Assembly: GCA_951406725.2 (NCBI GenBank)
Contig: OX597822.1
Coordinates: forward strand, 19,654,001 to 19,718,000
Source: Octopus vulgaris
Taxonomy: Eukaryota
DNA length: 64,000 nucleotides
Reading direction: 5' to 3'
Within the stretch, counting starts at the first letter, position 1, and each line of letters begins with the position of its first letter. Below are positions 1 through 12,648 of this stretch, piece after piece. The position numbers were made by a program, and so were the translations under genes. A model generated the notes under the pieces. That model was not told where the DNA came from. It made no database searches and was given only the letters and a program-made list of their open reading frames with translations.

Positions 1-273
1 ACCATCCGAACGTGGCCAATGCCAGCGCCGCCTTGACTGGCTTCTGTGCTGGTGGCACGTAAAAAGCACCAACTGATTGTGGCCGTTGCCAGCCTCCCTT
101 GGCACGTAAAAAGCACCCACTACACTCACGGAGTGGATGGCGTTAGGAAGGGCATCAAGCTGTAGAAACACTGCCAGATCAGACTAGAGCCTGGTGCAGC
201 CTCCTGGCTTCCCAGATCCCGGTCAAACCATCCAACCCATGCTAGCAAGGAAAACGGACGTTAAACGATGATG
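1..273 (+). mobile_element. RTE LINE 3' UTR fragment
   Basis: aaaagcacccactacactc...ttaggaagggcatc...ggacgttaaacgatgatg terminus. Confidence 0.85.
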
Positions 274-715
274 AAATGTTTATACAGTTTTCATAAGAAA
301 TGGTAACTGCAGCAAATGTTTTTAATCTCATTTAACAAAAAGGCATTGAGCCTGGCAGAATTGTTAGTGCTCTGAAAAAATGCTTCGCAGTATTTCTTTC
401 AGCTCTTTATATTCTGAGTTTAAATACCACTGAGATCAACTTTGCCTTTCATCCTTTTGGGTTTGATAAAATAAAGTATCAGTCAAGTTACTAGGGTTGA
501 TGCAATTGACCAACACCAATCCCTTAAAATTGCTGGCCTTGTGCCAAAACTCGAAACATTATTTAACAAAATTCAACTTCTGTAAATGTTCTAGAATACT
601 TGGCTTCATGAAATATGGTTTTGTATTAGAGTAAAAAAAAGCAAGAAGATAACGGGTATAAAACCCTGATTCCAAAAGGTAACAAACTGAACAAAGAAAT
701 ATCACCTGGCCTTAC

Positions 716-799
716 CTTTTCAAGAGTGCTGAGACAAAGAAATGGATCATCACTATATGTCAGTAAGGTTTTTGAATCTCTATAACGAAGAATTGGTTC
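716..799 (-). CDS. PTPDC1: PTPDC1-like exon (EPILRYRDSKTLLTYSDDPFLCLSTLEK); gene continues beyond the left window edge
   Basis: Inside ORF 626..844. tttttaag/gtaag boundaries; 84 nt, phase 0; EPV/IL...LEK block. Confidence 0.85.
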
Positions 800-2971
800 C
801 TTAAAAAAAGACAAGATTGAAAACAAAATTTTCAAAAGTCCCAATATATGTTAGTTTGTATAATTTTAAAAGAATCTTATCTACTGTGGTCTAAGAAATA
901 AATTTTAAATTATTATCTTATGCTTTGTAAGACTAAGTATGTGAAGAAATTAAATAACAATAATAAAAGAATGGATTATATCATAGGACAGGTGATATTT
1001 TTATATTCTTTTAAAAAACTCTATGATACTAAAACCTTTTAAAACTATTATAACTATTGCAACCTACTCACAACATATCATCTCTCTCTCATCCTTCTCC
1101 TGTATCACCATTACTGTTCTGCTGCTCCACACTCAGTCAGCTCCTAATCCCCACTACTTCTTCTAACTCCTGTGTCAGTCATCTACCATTCATAACATTT
1201 TGCCCTTCAACCTTAAGCATTTTTTACAGTGGTTGCCTATCTCCTCTCCTCTCATTCCCCCCTCTCATACTTCTCTCATACTCTCTTGGAACCTCCATCC
1301 ATTCACATTCTTAGTCCCTCTCTCCCACTCTTACTCACTTTGTACTTTAGAGGTCCACCTTGACATCATCACTATTTTCATCTCTTCTCAGCTTCACCTG
1401 GTCGTTCCTACCCTCTCATTTAAAATGTGAGAAGTCATGTGGTTCCTCTACAGCAAGAAACATGTTCTGCTCTGGCTCATACTTTTACCCCTCTTCTCCT
1501 AATGTAAAGCTGCCCCTTCATAGTTCAAAGTCTTGTAAGCAGTATGATAACCTCATTTGTGCTGGTGGCATGAAAAAAAAAAAGCACCCAGTACATACTG
1601 TAAAGTGGTTGGTATTAGGAAGGGCATTCTGCCATGGAAACCATGCCAAAGTAAACACTAGAGCATGATACATTCCTGGATCAAACTGTCCAATCCATGC
1701 CAGCATGGAACAAGGATGTTAAATGATGTTGATGATATATGTAGACTATATAAGATAATTATGGTAGACATATATTATTGCAAGACTTAAATGAATCTAA
1801 CTAACAGATATTGAATATTTGCAGCATAGTAAAAGTAAAAATGTTAAGTTTATAATCCATTCAATGTCTCTTCGTGAAAACCATGAGCTTTCGCATAATT
1901 ATCTATGCAAATCTACAATAAAATTGTGGATGTAAAACAATTAATTACATTAGCATAGAATATTATAGAAAGAAAACAGGATATTATGAGTGTTATACTT
2001 TTGCAAAAGGCATGTAAAAAAACAAATGCAAAAAAAACCCCCCAAAAAAACAGGAGTATATATTAAAATATCACAAGCAGTAACAATTTAAACAGAACAA
2101 GATCTCATGTCTTGTATAAGTAATTACTAATTACATGAAACCGTGCCCCAGTATGACTGGAATGCACAATGATTTGAACCAAGAAGAGAGTTTAAAATAA
2201 GAACAAAACAGCTCTTTAGTTACTAGAGGATTAGCCATATCAGTTTACATTATTTCATTACTGCAGCTGGGCTGTAATTACCCCACAGGCTTTACAGTCA
2301 ACTGAAATTGTTTGTAAGAATTCCAAAATATTTATTTAGATAATATTAATGGTAGTGCTTCTGCATATATACATATGCACACACTTTATTAGTGGATTAA
2401 CAAGGCAACCAATGGTTTCATATGGAAGAGAACTCCACAATTATTCAAGCAAATCATTCAGGAATGTTGGTATTTGTCTCCATTTTAGACCGAAGACTAA
2501 CATTCTCAAGTGGTTTGCTTGAATAATTGTGGAGATCTCTTCCACATGAAACCATTGGTTGCCTTGTTAATCCACGAATAAAGAATATTTATCCACTAAT
2601 GCAGTGTTGGGGACTAATTCTCACTGTTGTGTGTGTGTGTATATATATATATATAAATCATAAAAATCCTGATAGGTTATATCTAAACCATCGCTGAAAC
2701 CGTCATATGAGAAACAAGTCTAGTGTTCTGCAAGAACTTCTGATATCGATTGGGCATTAAGTTTATTTACAACATATCTTCAAATGATAAAAAAAAAAAC
2801 CAAAACAATGAATCTAATTTTTTTGCTTTAAAACTGAACAATTTTAAACATGGATGAAACAAAGATGATATCTGTCTGCTCTAGAAACACTTATGATACT
2901 CAAAACCAGTGGAAATTCAATCAGATCATATATATTTATATAAGCATGTATGTAAACAAAATAAGGCAAAC

Positions 2972-3073
2972 CTGTAGTCTGTTTAACCATTCCCACATAA
3001 GCGCAGCCAGTACTTCTGGGTTTGATTCTGTGAGGATCAATTTCCATCCATTGTCGCTGTTGTTTAGTTCTTG
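2972..3073 (-). CDS. PTPDC1: PTPDC1-like exon (QELNNSDNGWKLILTESNPEVLAALMWEWLNRLQ)
   Basis: ttccag/gtttgc boundaries; 102 nt, phase 0; LN...W...E.P..L..LMW.W...L C-terminal block. Confidence 0.9.
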
Positions 3074-3811
3074 CTGGAATTATAATCGTACACAATTTGT
3101 ATGACATAACACATGTTTCAAAAAAAAACCTGAAGATTAATTTATGTAGTAGTTGTAGTAGTCCATAAAGATTTCTACTTAATAAAGTAGTTCTATAGCA
3201 ATTACTTAGAAGCAAATGAAAGGAGGCATTGAATAGCTTAAAAGTTTAACACATTTTGCATAATGATCAACATATGAAGTTTTGGAAGGTGATTTCAAGC
3301 AATGATATTAATTGTTTTACATAACTGTGTTGGTTAACTCACCTACCATATTTGTAGACTTACTCAACAGAGCACTTATCTAAAGATTTTATACAATAAA
3401 AGAAATGTGCTCTTTTGGATTGAACACTAGCAATCTTTAATAAGAATTAACTTTTCAACTTAAGCTTATTTTTAAGATTATATTTATCAGGATTGTACAT
3501 TTTCTGGTGGCAAGTTGTTGAGTGTGTTTTATATATATATCAATTAGGGTACTGAAATACCAGTTTGCCAGAAATAGGAGTCAACACTCCAAAGCCACAA
3601 ATTTCTCACTATTAAGAAACATGCATGAAACTTACTGGCCACTTTATTATTATTGTTGGCAGTGTGGTAAGAAGCTTGCTTCCCAACCACATGGTTCCAG
3701 GTTCAGTCCCATTGCATGGCACCTTGGGCAAGTGTTTTCTACTATAGCCTCAGGCTGACAAGAGCCTTGTGTGTGGGATTTGGTAGACAGAGACTGAAAG
3801 AAGCTTGTCAT

Positions 3812-3855
<44 letters not shown>

Positions 3856-4219
3856 TTGTGTGCTTGTGTTTGTCCCCTTGCTGTCCAACGCTGGTGTGTT
3901 TATGTCCCTATAACTTAGCGGTTCAACAAAAGTGACTGATAGAGTAAGTACTAGGCTTACAAAGAATAAGTCCTGGGGTCAATTTCTTTGACTAACACCC
4001 TTTAAGATGTTGCTCACGTATGACTGCAGTCAAACAAAAGAGAATATATATATATATATATATTTATATACACACACATACAGCATCTGGTGACTGGCTA
4101 TGTATAATATATACATGGTATCTGCTGGCTGGCTGTATATAATATCAAGTAGCTGAGTTGTCATCATCATCATTTAATGTCAATTTTCCATATTGGCATG
4201 TGTGCGTGTATACATATAT

Positions 4220-5860
4220 TACAACAAGAATTTAAATTTTGGACATAAAGTTACCAAAGGTTTTGTATCCATAAAGTCAAAGCCTTGTAGATAGCTTGTC
4301 AGACTCTATACAAAGACGAAACGGTCAGAAATCAAGAAGTCTTAACATAAAAACGTTAATGAGGACGGGTTGTCTCCCCTGAACCAGAGGATAAAACAAC
4401 CCTTATAGACCCGAAAAAGCTAACCAGCAAATGGGGAGATCCAATTTTCCAGTAGGTAGCGATTAAGGTGGACACATTTAGAAAAAAACTTCTTTATGAC
4501 TATTTAATGCTTCAGTTTTAATATAGTCCTTAAGAATTTTCACTCTCTCTGTGATGCAGATTTTGTAACAGCCACTCCCATTAATATATGGGCCTGGATG
4601 ATCTATTATTTTCCACCTGATATCACATGGGGTCCCTTGATCTTTGAGGTGCCACACACGGCAGGCCAGGAATGTGACAAACCGTCGTCTTCCTGGGACT
4701 CTAAAGTATGACTGGTGGTTGTGGAAGGGATGCTTGAGAGATGTACTGGCTGATCCAATATATTTACAAACTTGGGATGTGGCTATAATCACATTCCGGG
4801 TATATCTCTGATAGGCTCTGGGGATGCTGTTGGTAACACCATTGCAGATGCAACCGATACGGCACAATGATCTGCTGGTGTTATCACCATGGTTATCATT
4901 ACTGGTCAGATGACTGGTGATGTAGCTGCTGGTGTTAGTGTGGGTATGGCTGGTCATCCCATTGGTGTTGATAATTGTTTGGTCATCATCTGGGAACGCC
5001 GGATACCTCCTCTGTGTCACTGGTCCTGGATTGGTCATCATCTGGGAACGCCGGATACCTCCTCTGTGTCACTGGTCCTGGATTGGTCATCATCTGGGAA
5101 CGCTAGATACCTCCTCTGTGTCACTGGTCCTGGATTGGTCATCATCTGGGAACACCGGATACCTCCTCTGTGTCACTGGTCCTGGATTGGTCATCATCTG
5201 GGAACGCCGGATACCTCCTCTGTGTCACTGGTCCTGGATTGGTCATCATCTGGGAACGCCGGATACCTCCTCTGTGTCACTGGTCCTGGATTGGTCATCA
5301 TCTCTAGGTGTGGAAATTGTACAGGTGGTAACATATAGTGTGGGGCTGGTCACTCTGTGTCTATGACAATGGTTTGTTCATCATCTGTAGCAGTGGTACT
5401 GGGGTCGTTGGTTATGTCTTCTGTGATGCTGGTCCTGGATTGGTCATCATCTCTGGCTGTGGTAATTGAGATCTGGTTAATTTGCTATTACTGTTGGATG
5501 GTACATTACTGGTAATGCAGATAGCAGGTCCAGGTGTCATGTAGTTTCATAGATGACTCCTTCAGTCTCCTACTGGACAGTTATTATATACCTTGCAAGA
5601 ACACCCTGCCTTGTATTGTGGGTACTTGTTAAAATGTTTTTTATGTTAGGTGAACAACTAAAAGAGACTTTTAGGTTGTACCATCCAACAACAATATTAA
5701 CAGATTAACCAGATCTCACGCCAGTACAATTGCCACAGCCAAAGATGATGACCAATCTGGGACCAGGATCACAGAGGACGTAGCCGGCAACCCCAGCATT
5801 ACCACCACCACAGATGATGAACAAACTATTGACCAGCCCTGCACCTTATGTTACTACCAG
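4220..5860 (-). mobile_element. Penelope-like element (Neptune-type GIY-YIG) fragment with a 5' inverted segment
   Basis: ORF 4478..5041 has YIG...HNHQSYF...VWHLK...IRWKII...PY...C.IC.TER...LN...E. The linker LKVSFSCSPNIKNIL..HN lies at ~5620-5680. 5690-5835 is an inverted copy of 5365-5500. Confidence 0.8.
4981..5302. repeat. 52-bp tandem repeat, 6 near-identical copies
   Basis: Unit ggtcatcatctgggaacgccggatacctcctctgtgtcactggtcctggatt starts at 4981, 5033, 5085, 5137, 5189 and 5241. Confidence 0.95.
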
Positions 5861-6726
5861 TACTGAGTTCAAATTCCACCCAGGTTGACTTTGCTTTTCA
5901 TCCTTTCGGGGTTGATGTAACTGACTTACCCACTCCCAGAAATTGCTGACCTTGTGCCAAAATTTGAAACCAACGTTTCATGTAATGAGTTCAAATTAGC
6001 ATTAAGCATACTGTAAATATATTCATTCATTTAAAATGTAACCACCACCATTAGCAATAACATTTTCTCATCTTGAAACCAGTTTTTATTCTTCTTTGGG
6101 ATAGGAGGAAAAACTTGAGTTTCTTTAGAAGGAAAAAAATGTCTGGAGTGCCATTTGACATTGTCCTTGTTTTTGGATGTTTTTTCCACAAAGTATTCAA
6201 GTGAGTAGGGATGATGAGGTAGAGCTTCCCAACCTAAGGAATTTATCTTTTCTAAGGTTAGCCTTGCTGAAAGTGACCTTTATTCTAAAGGGCAGCTCAT
6301 GAGGTCCCCACTTTCTCTATACACTTTCCCAATTGGCTTGAAATGATCTCATACTGTGACCCAAGGTTTATTAACCCTCTAAGATAAGTCCTCGATACTT
6401 TGACATGGATCCTTTTGTGATATGATGTCAGACTGTTTACTTGAAAATACATTACTTTTCAGTACCCCTAATATGTATATATACACACTCATGTATACAT
6501 ATAGCACAATGGGTGTGCAGTTTAAGTGCTGAACTGTTGTTGACTTAGTCATAAGCCGAGATGTTACCACTGACATAGTTTTGTGCAAAGCAACTGAGGC
6601 CCAGTAGCTAGCAGTGGGGGGAAGAACATATACCAGCATGAACACCTAACTTAAGAAGGCAAGAAAATGAAAACAGGCAAAAATATGATGAACAACAGCA
6701 AAAGGAAATTATGCAAAAGAAAATAC

Positions 6727-7296
6727 CTTTAGAGCATCTTTTTGTAAGATGACTTCCTCTGAGAAGGTTGTGCAACACAAAGCATTTGCAATTCTAAGTT
6801 TGAGATTCTTGTCACCTTGAGGGAATGCATGGAGATGGCTACCCTTCGGCAGATTATTCTTTGTATTACTGGTAATGCTTTTAGAAGTTTCAGCAGTTGG
6901 AAAAAAACCAGACACAGGGAAATTTCCACCTGCTATGGCACCGGAGTCTTTCATCAGATTACTATCACTGCAATGCATCTCAGAATTAGCGCTTCCGTCT
7001 GACTGGTAGATAGCATGATATTCCATTGCATCCATGGCATCATTGTCACAGTTAGTGCAAGCGGAAAGCTGTGATGTATTGGAATATAAGACATGAGGTC
7101 TGTCATTTTTGAAAACATCATCTTTATCAACACTTGAAGTTGAACCTCTATATGGAATGTCTCCTATTTCCTCTTCAGAAGTAGCATGGGCGGAAAAACT
7201 ATCAGGAATGGCGATAGTTTTATTCATTATAGACAATGCTGAAGTGCTGCCACAATGTGCAAGTTCTAAAAGGCGCTCACATACATAATAAATAAT
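6727..7296 (-). CDS. PTPDC1: PTPDC1-like large exon (IIYYVCERLLELA...ILQKDALK), Ser/Asp-rich linker
   Basis: Inside ORF 6709..7314. ttcacag/gtattt boundaries; 570 nt, phase 0 to 0. The start resembles PTPDC1 IIxxVCxxLLxLA. Confidence 0.88.
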
Positions 7297-7533
7297 CTGT
7301 GAAGAAAAAGACATTAAAATTGTTAAAACAGAAATTAATGTTTGTTTTCTCTCAACATAGGCAAAAAAAAAAAAAGAATATATTCTATTCTTTTACCGAT
7401 TAGAATTATTGGACTGTGGTCATACAGGAGAACTGCTTGCAAGGGGTTTTTTAATTGATTACATTAACTTGAGTATATTTTTTATTGATCTCTATTGAAT
7501 GACAAAAATCACCTTTTTGAGATAAAAGGTGTC

Positions 7534-8146
7534 GGATCTTTTCCTTTTGAACGGCAGACAATTTCTAGTTAACTAAACACTTTTAAACTTCGTATACTGG
7601 TAGAATGTGTCAAAATAAAACATTTTTTTCTCTTGGCTTTCTTGAGAAAATTGTAATTTGTTTGTTTAACGTAGTTTAATTTTTCGAATTTTAACCAATC
7701 CTATGCTCTCTTTTGAGCTAAGATCATTTGTTGCATCTAAAACTGAGACAACATCCTGTCACTAACCCTAAACCTCCCCCCTAACCCTAAATTATTTTTT
7801 ATCTTAATTGTTATGCGTGTATAAAAAAAACTAAAGCAATGGAATTAAATTAATTTAACAATTAAGAAAAAAAAAATTAGGGTTAGTGGGGAGGTTTAGG
7901 GTTAGTTACAGGATGTCTCAGTTTTAGACGCAGCAAATGATTTTAGTTGAATGGAGGTAATCGATTGGTTAAAATTGCCGAAATGCTTGGATTTTCAGAT
8001 GAAATATCTTACAAACTATAGAATTTTCTCAATAAAACCAAGAGAAAATGATGTTTTATAAACACATTCTACCAGTATACGAAGTTTAAAAGTGTTTAGT
8101 TAACTAGAAATTGTGTTGACATCTGCCGTTTAAAAGGAAAAGATCC
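7534..8146. mobile_element. Foldback MITE with 8-bp TSD (Merlin-like GG termini)
   Basis: TIR ggatcttttccttttgaacggcag / ctgccgtttaaaaggaaaagatcc extends ~270 bp. TSD aaggtgtc at 7526-7533 and 8147-8154. Confidence 0.88.
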
Positions 8147-9360
8147 AAGGTGTCTTCATACACTAGTGTACAGAAACATAGATGCTATTCTGATGAGGTC
8201 TAATAGACTGAAGCATGTCCAACATTGTCCCTTCTATGTAAACAAAGATCAGACTACTTTCTTTTTCTTTTTAACCGGGAAAGAAATTTCAATGAAGAAT
8301 TTTTTGTATACAACATTCAGAACATCACTGTTTAATGTAATTATCTCAATGGATGCCATTGACACATCTTAGTTTTAAAGACACACACATACATACACCA
8401 ATGCCTTGTGAGTGAACCTGGTTAGATGGAAACAGTAGAAAATCTGGGGGTTGGGTATCTGGGTGAGGATAGTTGATTTAATTGATCTAATACTTACGAC
8501 AGTCACAGCTGGCCTAAGCAGGGCTACCTTTCATCTTAGAAAGTATAGGCATGCTCAGACTTCGCTGGTGCTGGTGCCATGTGAAAAGTACCCAGTCCAC
8601 TCGGTGAAGTGTTTCACATTAGGAAGACCATTAAGCCATAAAAACCATGCCAAAACAGACCTTGCTGGGATTGGTACCATGCAAGAAGCAGCCAGTCCCT
8701 TCTGTAAAGTGGTTAGCATGAAGAAGGGCACCCAGTTGTAATAACCATGCCAACAGACAGTGGAGCTTGGTTTGCCAGCTCCTGTCAGTCTGTCCAACCC
8801 AAGCCAGCATGGAAGATGAATGCTAAATGATGATGATGATATATATATACTTGCTTCCTATAATGTTGGATAGCCCTTTAACTTATTTTTAACTCTAGCC
8901 TTCCCCTTTTCTCAATAATCCCTACCATGCTATTCTTCCCCATCCTCTTACCATCCCTCATCTTTCTGCTAAGAATCATCACCCTCACTTCTATTCTTCC
9001 TTAGTTAAAGGAGCTCCTTTAGGTCCTCAACCTGGCAAGTTATGAGGATATAATCACTAGTGGTGGTGCCATGAAAAAAGCACTTATATACATTCAGTAA
9101 AGTGGTTGGTGTTTCTAAGTAAGGTAATATTACCCAATGACTATTCATGTTTTCAGGAGGACTGGAAACAAATGACACTGCTTGTATGACAGTGGCACTT
9201 GTTTACAACTATCATGGGATGTCAAGAAAGAAATGTGCATGTAAAGCTTCATTCAGTTTCTCTCTATCAAATCCATTTATAAGGCTCTGGTTTGTGTGGG
9301 ATTTTAGTAGAAGACACCTGCACAAGAAAGGTGCTACACAGTGGAAGTGAACCAGATATA

Positions 9361-9837
9361 TCAGGCCGAGTGAAAAGTAAGCAACGTTTTGAAACGCGAA
9401 ATTCATCACAGTATATTTAAACAATGCGGAAATTTTATTCATCAAAGTAAGTACCATTACAATCAACACATTTTTGCCGAGTTACAGGTTTGTTTATTAA
9501 AAATCTGGAGGTGATGAACTCTTTGAATGCATTTTCAGCATTGGTTTAATTTTTGAACTCCTTCTCTTGCAGGAAACCATCAATGTAGTTGAAAAAGTGG
9601 TGGTCAGTAGGATGAATGTCTGGGGAATAAGTTTGGAGGGGAAGAACTTCATAGCCAAGTTCCCTCAACTTCTGGAGCGTCATTAGTGAAATGTGTGGTC
9701 AAGCATTGTCAGGAAGAATGATTGGTCCTCTTCTGTTGACCAGTCTTGGATGGAGGAATTGCAGTTTCTCATTCATTTTGGCAATTTCATGGTAATATGT
9801 TTCTGCAGTAATAGTTTTTTGAGGTTTTAAGAAGTTA
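9361..9837 (-). mobile_element. Mariner, 3' half (split by the Helitron)
   Basis: NFLKPQKTITAETY...RGPIILPDNA...YSPDIHPTDHHFF. TIR tcaggccgagtgaaaagtaagcaacgttttgaa follows TA. Confidence 0.85.
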
Positions 9838-10367
9838 CTAGACTACCTGTTTTGTTTTCTGGGTTTCTTTTTTTTCTTTTCCATGTTATTTTTCATGCTT
9901 TCAACGAATGTGACATCAAAATCATGCATAAATGGCTCCTTTCCCCAGAAAAGGAAAGGTTTTGCTGCTATTTGTTGCATGTCCTGCTACCACATAATAT
10001 ATATTTCAGGGCCTTTATCGCAAATAGCTGTTACATGGTAGTAGAGCATGCTAGAAATAGCAGCCAAATCTTTGGAGCTGAGATATGTTGAATACACTCA
10101 AAAAAATTTTTGTAATGGTATTCCCTTGGGGCGATCTTTCACTTTGACTCTCAGAACTGTCATCTGGATCAGTTGCTTTTGTTCATTAATTTCCGTAAAA
10201 ATGTTCAATTTATTGTGTATATGAAATGGACGTGTGTGTGTGTATGTGTGAGAGAGAGAAAGAGAGTGCCACTTACACATACATGAGAACACACACATTC
10301 ACTCACTCACTCTCTCTTACACACACATGCACACGTACATACAAAAAGGATGTACGCATATGTATTG

Positions 10368-11650
10368 ATCATCATCATCATCATCATCATTTAACGTCCG
10401 CTTTCCATGCTAGCATGGGTTGGACGGTTCAACTGGGGTCTGGGGAGCCCGAAGGCTGCACCAGGCCAGTCAGATCTGGCAGTGTTTCTACAGCTGGATG
10501 CCCTTCCTAACGCCAACCACTCCGAGAGTGTAGTGGGTGATTTTATGTGCCACCGACACAGGTGCCAGACGAGGCTGGCGAACGGCCACGCTCGGATGGT
10601 GTTTTTATGTGCCACCGACACAGGTGCCAGACAAGGCTAGCAGACGACCACGCTCGGATGGTGTTTTTATGTGCCACCGACACAGGTGCCAGACAAGGCT
10701 GGCAAACGGCCACGCTCGGATGGTGTTTTTATGTGCCACCGACACAGGTGCCAGACGAAGCTGGCGAACGGCCACGCTAGGATGGTGTTTTTATGTGCCA
10801 CCGACACAGGTGCCAGACAAGGCTAGCAGACGACCACGCTCGGATGGTGTTTTTATGTGCCACCGACACAGGTGCCAGACGAGGCTGGCGAACGGCCACG
10901 CTCGGATGGTGTTTTTATGTGCCACCGACACAGGTGCCAGACAAGGCTAGCAGACGGCCACGCTCGGATGGTGTTTTTATGTGCCACCGACACAGGTGCC
11001 AGACGAGGCTGGCAAACGGCCACGCTCGGATGGTGTTTTTATGTGCCACCGACACAGGTGCCAGACGAAGCTGGCGAACGGCCACGCTCGGATGGTGTTT
11101 TTATGTGCCACCGACACAGGTGCCAGACAAGGCTAGCAGACGACCACGCTCGGATGGTGCTTTTATGTGCCACCGACACAGGTGCCAGACGAGGCTGGCG
11201 AACGGCCACGCTCGGATGGTGTTTTTATGTGCCACCGACACAGGTGCCAGACAAGGCTAGCAGACGACCACGCTCAGATGGTGCTTTTATGTGCCACCGA
11301 CACAGGTGCCAGACGAGGCTGGCGAACGGCCACGCTCGGATGGTGTTTTTATGTGCCACCGACACAGGAGCCAGATTAGGCTGGCGATCGGCCACGACTG
11401 GATGGTGATTGTTACGTGCCCACAGCATGGAGGCCAGTCGGTGCGGTACTGGCTACGGCCACGTTCGGATGGTTTTCTTGTGTGCCACCGGCACTGGTAC
11501 CACAAGGATACAAATTCCATTGATGTTCATCTATTTTGATTTTGTTTGATTTTCACTTGCCTCAACAGGTCTTCACAAGTGTCACAAGAAGGAAGGTATG
11601 CACAGGTGGACCGACTACGTCCCAAGTAGGGGTCACGGGTTATGGCCTAT
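10368..11650 (-). mobile_element. RTE LINE 3' end with an expanded 62-bp minisatellite (~14 units, 10547-11410)
   Basis: (CAT)n-ttaacgtccgctttccatgctagcatgggttggacgg terminus shared with 36153. Unit gtgccaccgacacaggtgccagacgaggctggcgaacggccacgctcggatggtgtttttat is 62 bp. Confidence 0.9.
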
Positions 11651-11964
11651 GTACATATACATGACAACACACCCATTCACTCACTCTCTCTCTTTCACAC
11701 ACACATCCATTTCATGTACATGTACATACATCTTTTACTTTCTCCTCTCTTTCACTTTAAAATAAAAGTAAATAAATAAAATTTTTTTACAGAAATTAGC
11801 AAACTCCAGATGACAAACAAAAGATTGCCATTCATTTGAAAATAATTAGAAAAACATTAAAATATTGACTGTTTAAAGAAAGCTAAAATATAAATACTCA
11901 CAGTACAAACAACTTGCATTTTTGAAATCAATTAAAAACATTTCTAGAATAGCTTAAAAGCTGA

Positions 11965-12300
11965 CCTATCGAAGATCCTTTAGACTGGCTCCTCATTGGA
12001 AGCTCTCCTGGTTTCTGATTGCTCTACTGATTCTGAATGCCTTACTCTTCTCATGTTGGCTACATTGGATGCTCTCCTAGATTCAGTTTATTCAGGTGTT
12101 TCTAACGCCCTTTTTCTCCTATTGGCAAGAGCATTTGATGCACTCCTTGTTCAGGAGTTTGAGAGTCCCCAAGCATTTGCATATTCTCAGCATTGAAAGC
12201 TATCCTGGCTGCCGTTTGATCCGGGTTTTCACTTGCATGGGACTTTCTCTTCTTTGCTGCAGCCTTGGCTCTTTTGATTGCAATCTGGTCCTCTGTTGAC
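11965..12300 (-). pseudogene. Degenerate 23-aa (STPR-like) repeats, probable Helitron Rep/Hel N-terminal remnant
   Basis: ENPDQTAARIAFNAENMQMLGDS / QTPEQ... / ETPE*TESRRASNVANMRRVRHS / ESVEQSETRRASN show a 23-residue period, with a stop and a frameshift. Confidence 0.6.
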
Positions 12301-12339
12301 AGAGATTTATTTTTACAAGATATATACTGTTGCCATCAA

Positions 12340-12648
12340 TGGCCCAGTGCTTAGGGCAGTGGACTTGTGGTCGGAGGATTGCGGTTTCGATTCCCAGACC
12401 GGGCGTTGTGTGTGTTTATTGAGCGAAAACACCTAAAAGCTCCACGAGGCTCTGGCAGGGGGTGGTGGCGACCCTGTTGTACTGTTTCGCCACAACTTTC
12501 TCTCACTCTCTCTTTCTGTTTCTTGAGTAACGCTGCGATGGACTGGCATCCCGTCCAGTTGGGAGGGGGGGGGACACATATGCCACAGAAACTGGGAAAC
12601 TGGGCCCATGATCCTGGCTAGGCTTGAAAAGGGTAATGTTTATCATTT
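12340..12648 (+). mobile_element. tRNA-derived SINE; other copies at 30660-30937 (-) and 56943-57253 (-)
   Basis: A box tggcccagtgc, B box ggtttcgattcc. TSD tatactgttgccat here; TSD gctagcatgggat around the 56943 copy. Confidence 0.85.

Noticed and set aside
2667-2706. Another hammerhead (cctgatagg...gaaaccgtc)
   Set aside because: The core deviates from CUGANGA and I could not build a convincing stem I.
4889-5366. 149-aa and 144-aa plus-strand ORFs
   Set aside because: They are read-through of the 52-bp tandem repeat, antisense to a Penelope remnant.
7760-7910. Interstitial telomeric repeats (taaccc / ttaggg)
   Set aside because: These are only a few imperfect units, positioned symmetrically inside the MITE arms.
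10547-11410. CRISPR-like array, or long overlapping ORFs (MCHRHRCQTRL...)
   Set aside because: Units are contiguous 62-bp repeats with no unique spacers, there are no cas genes and the context is eukaryotic. The ORFs are translation artefacts of a GC-rich non-3n repeat in a LINE 3' UTR. The same applies to 13834-14362 and 36310-36924.
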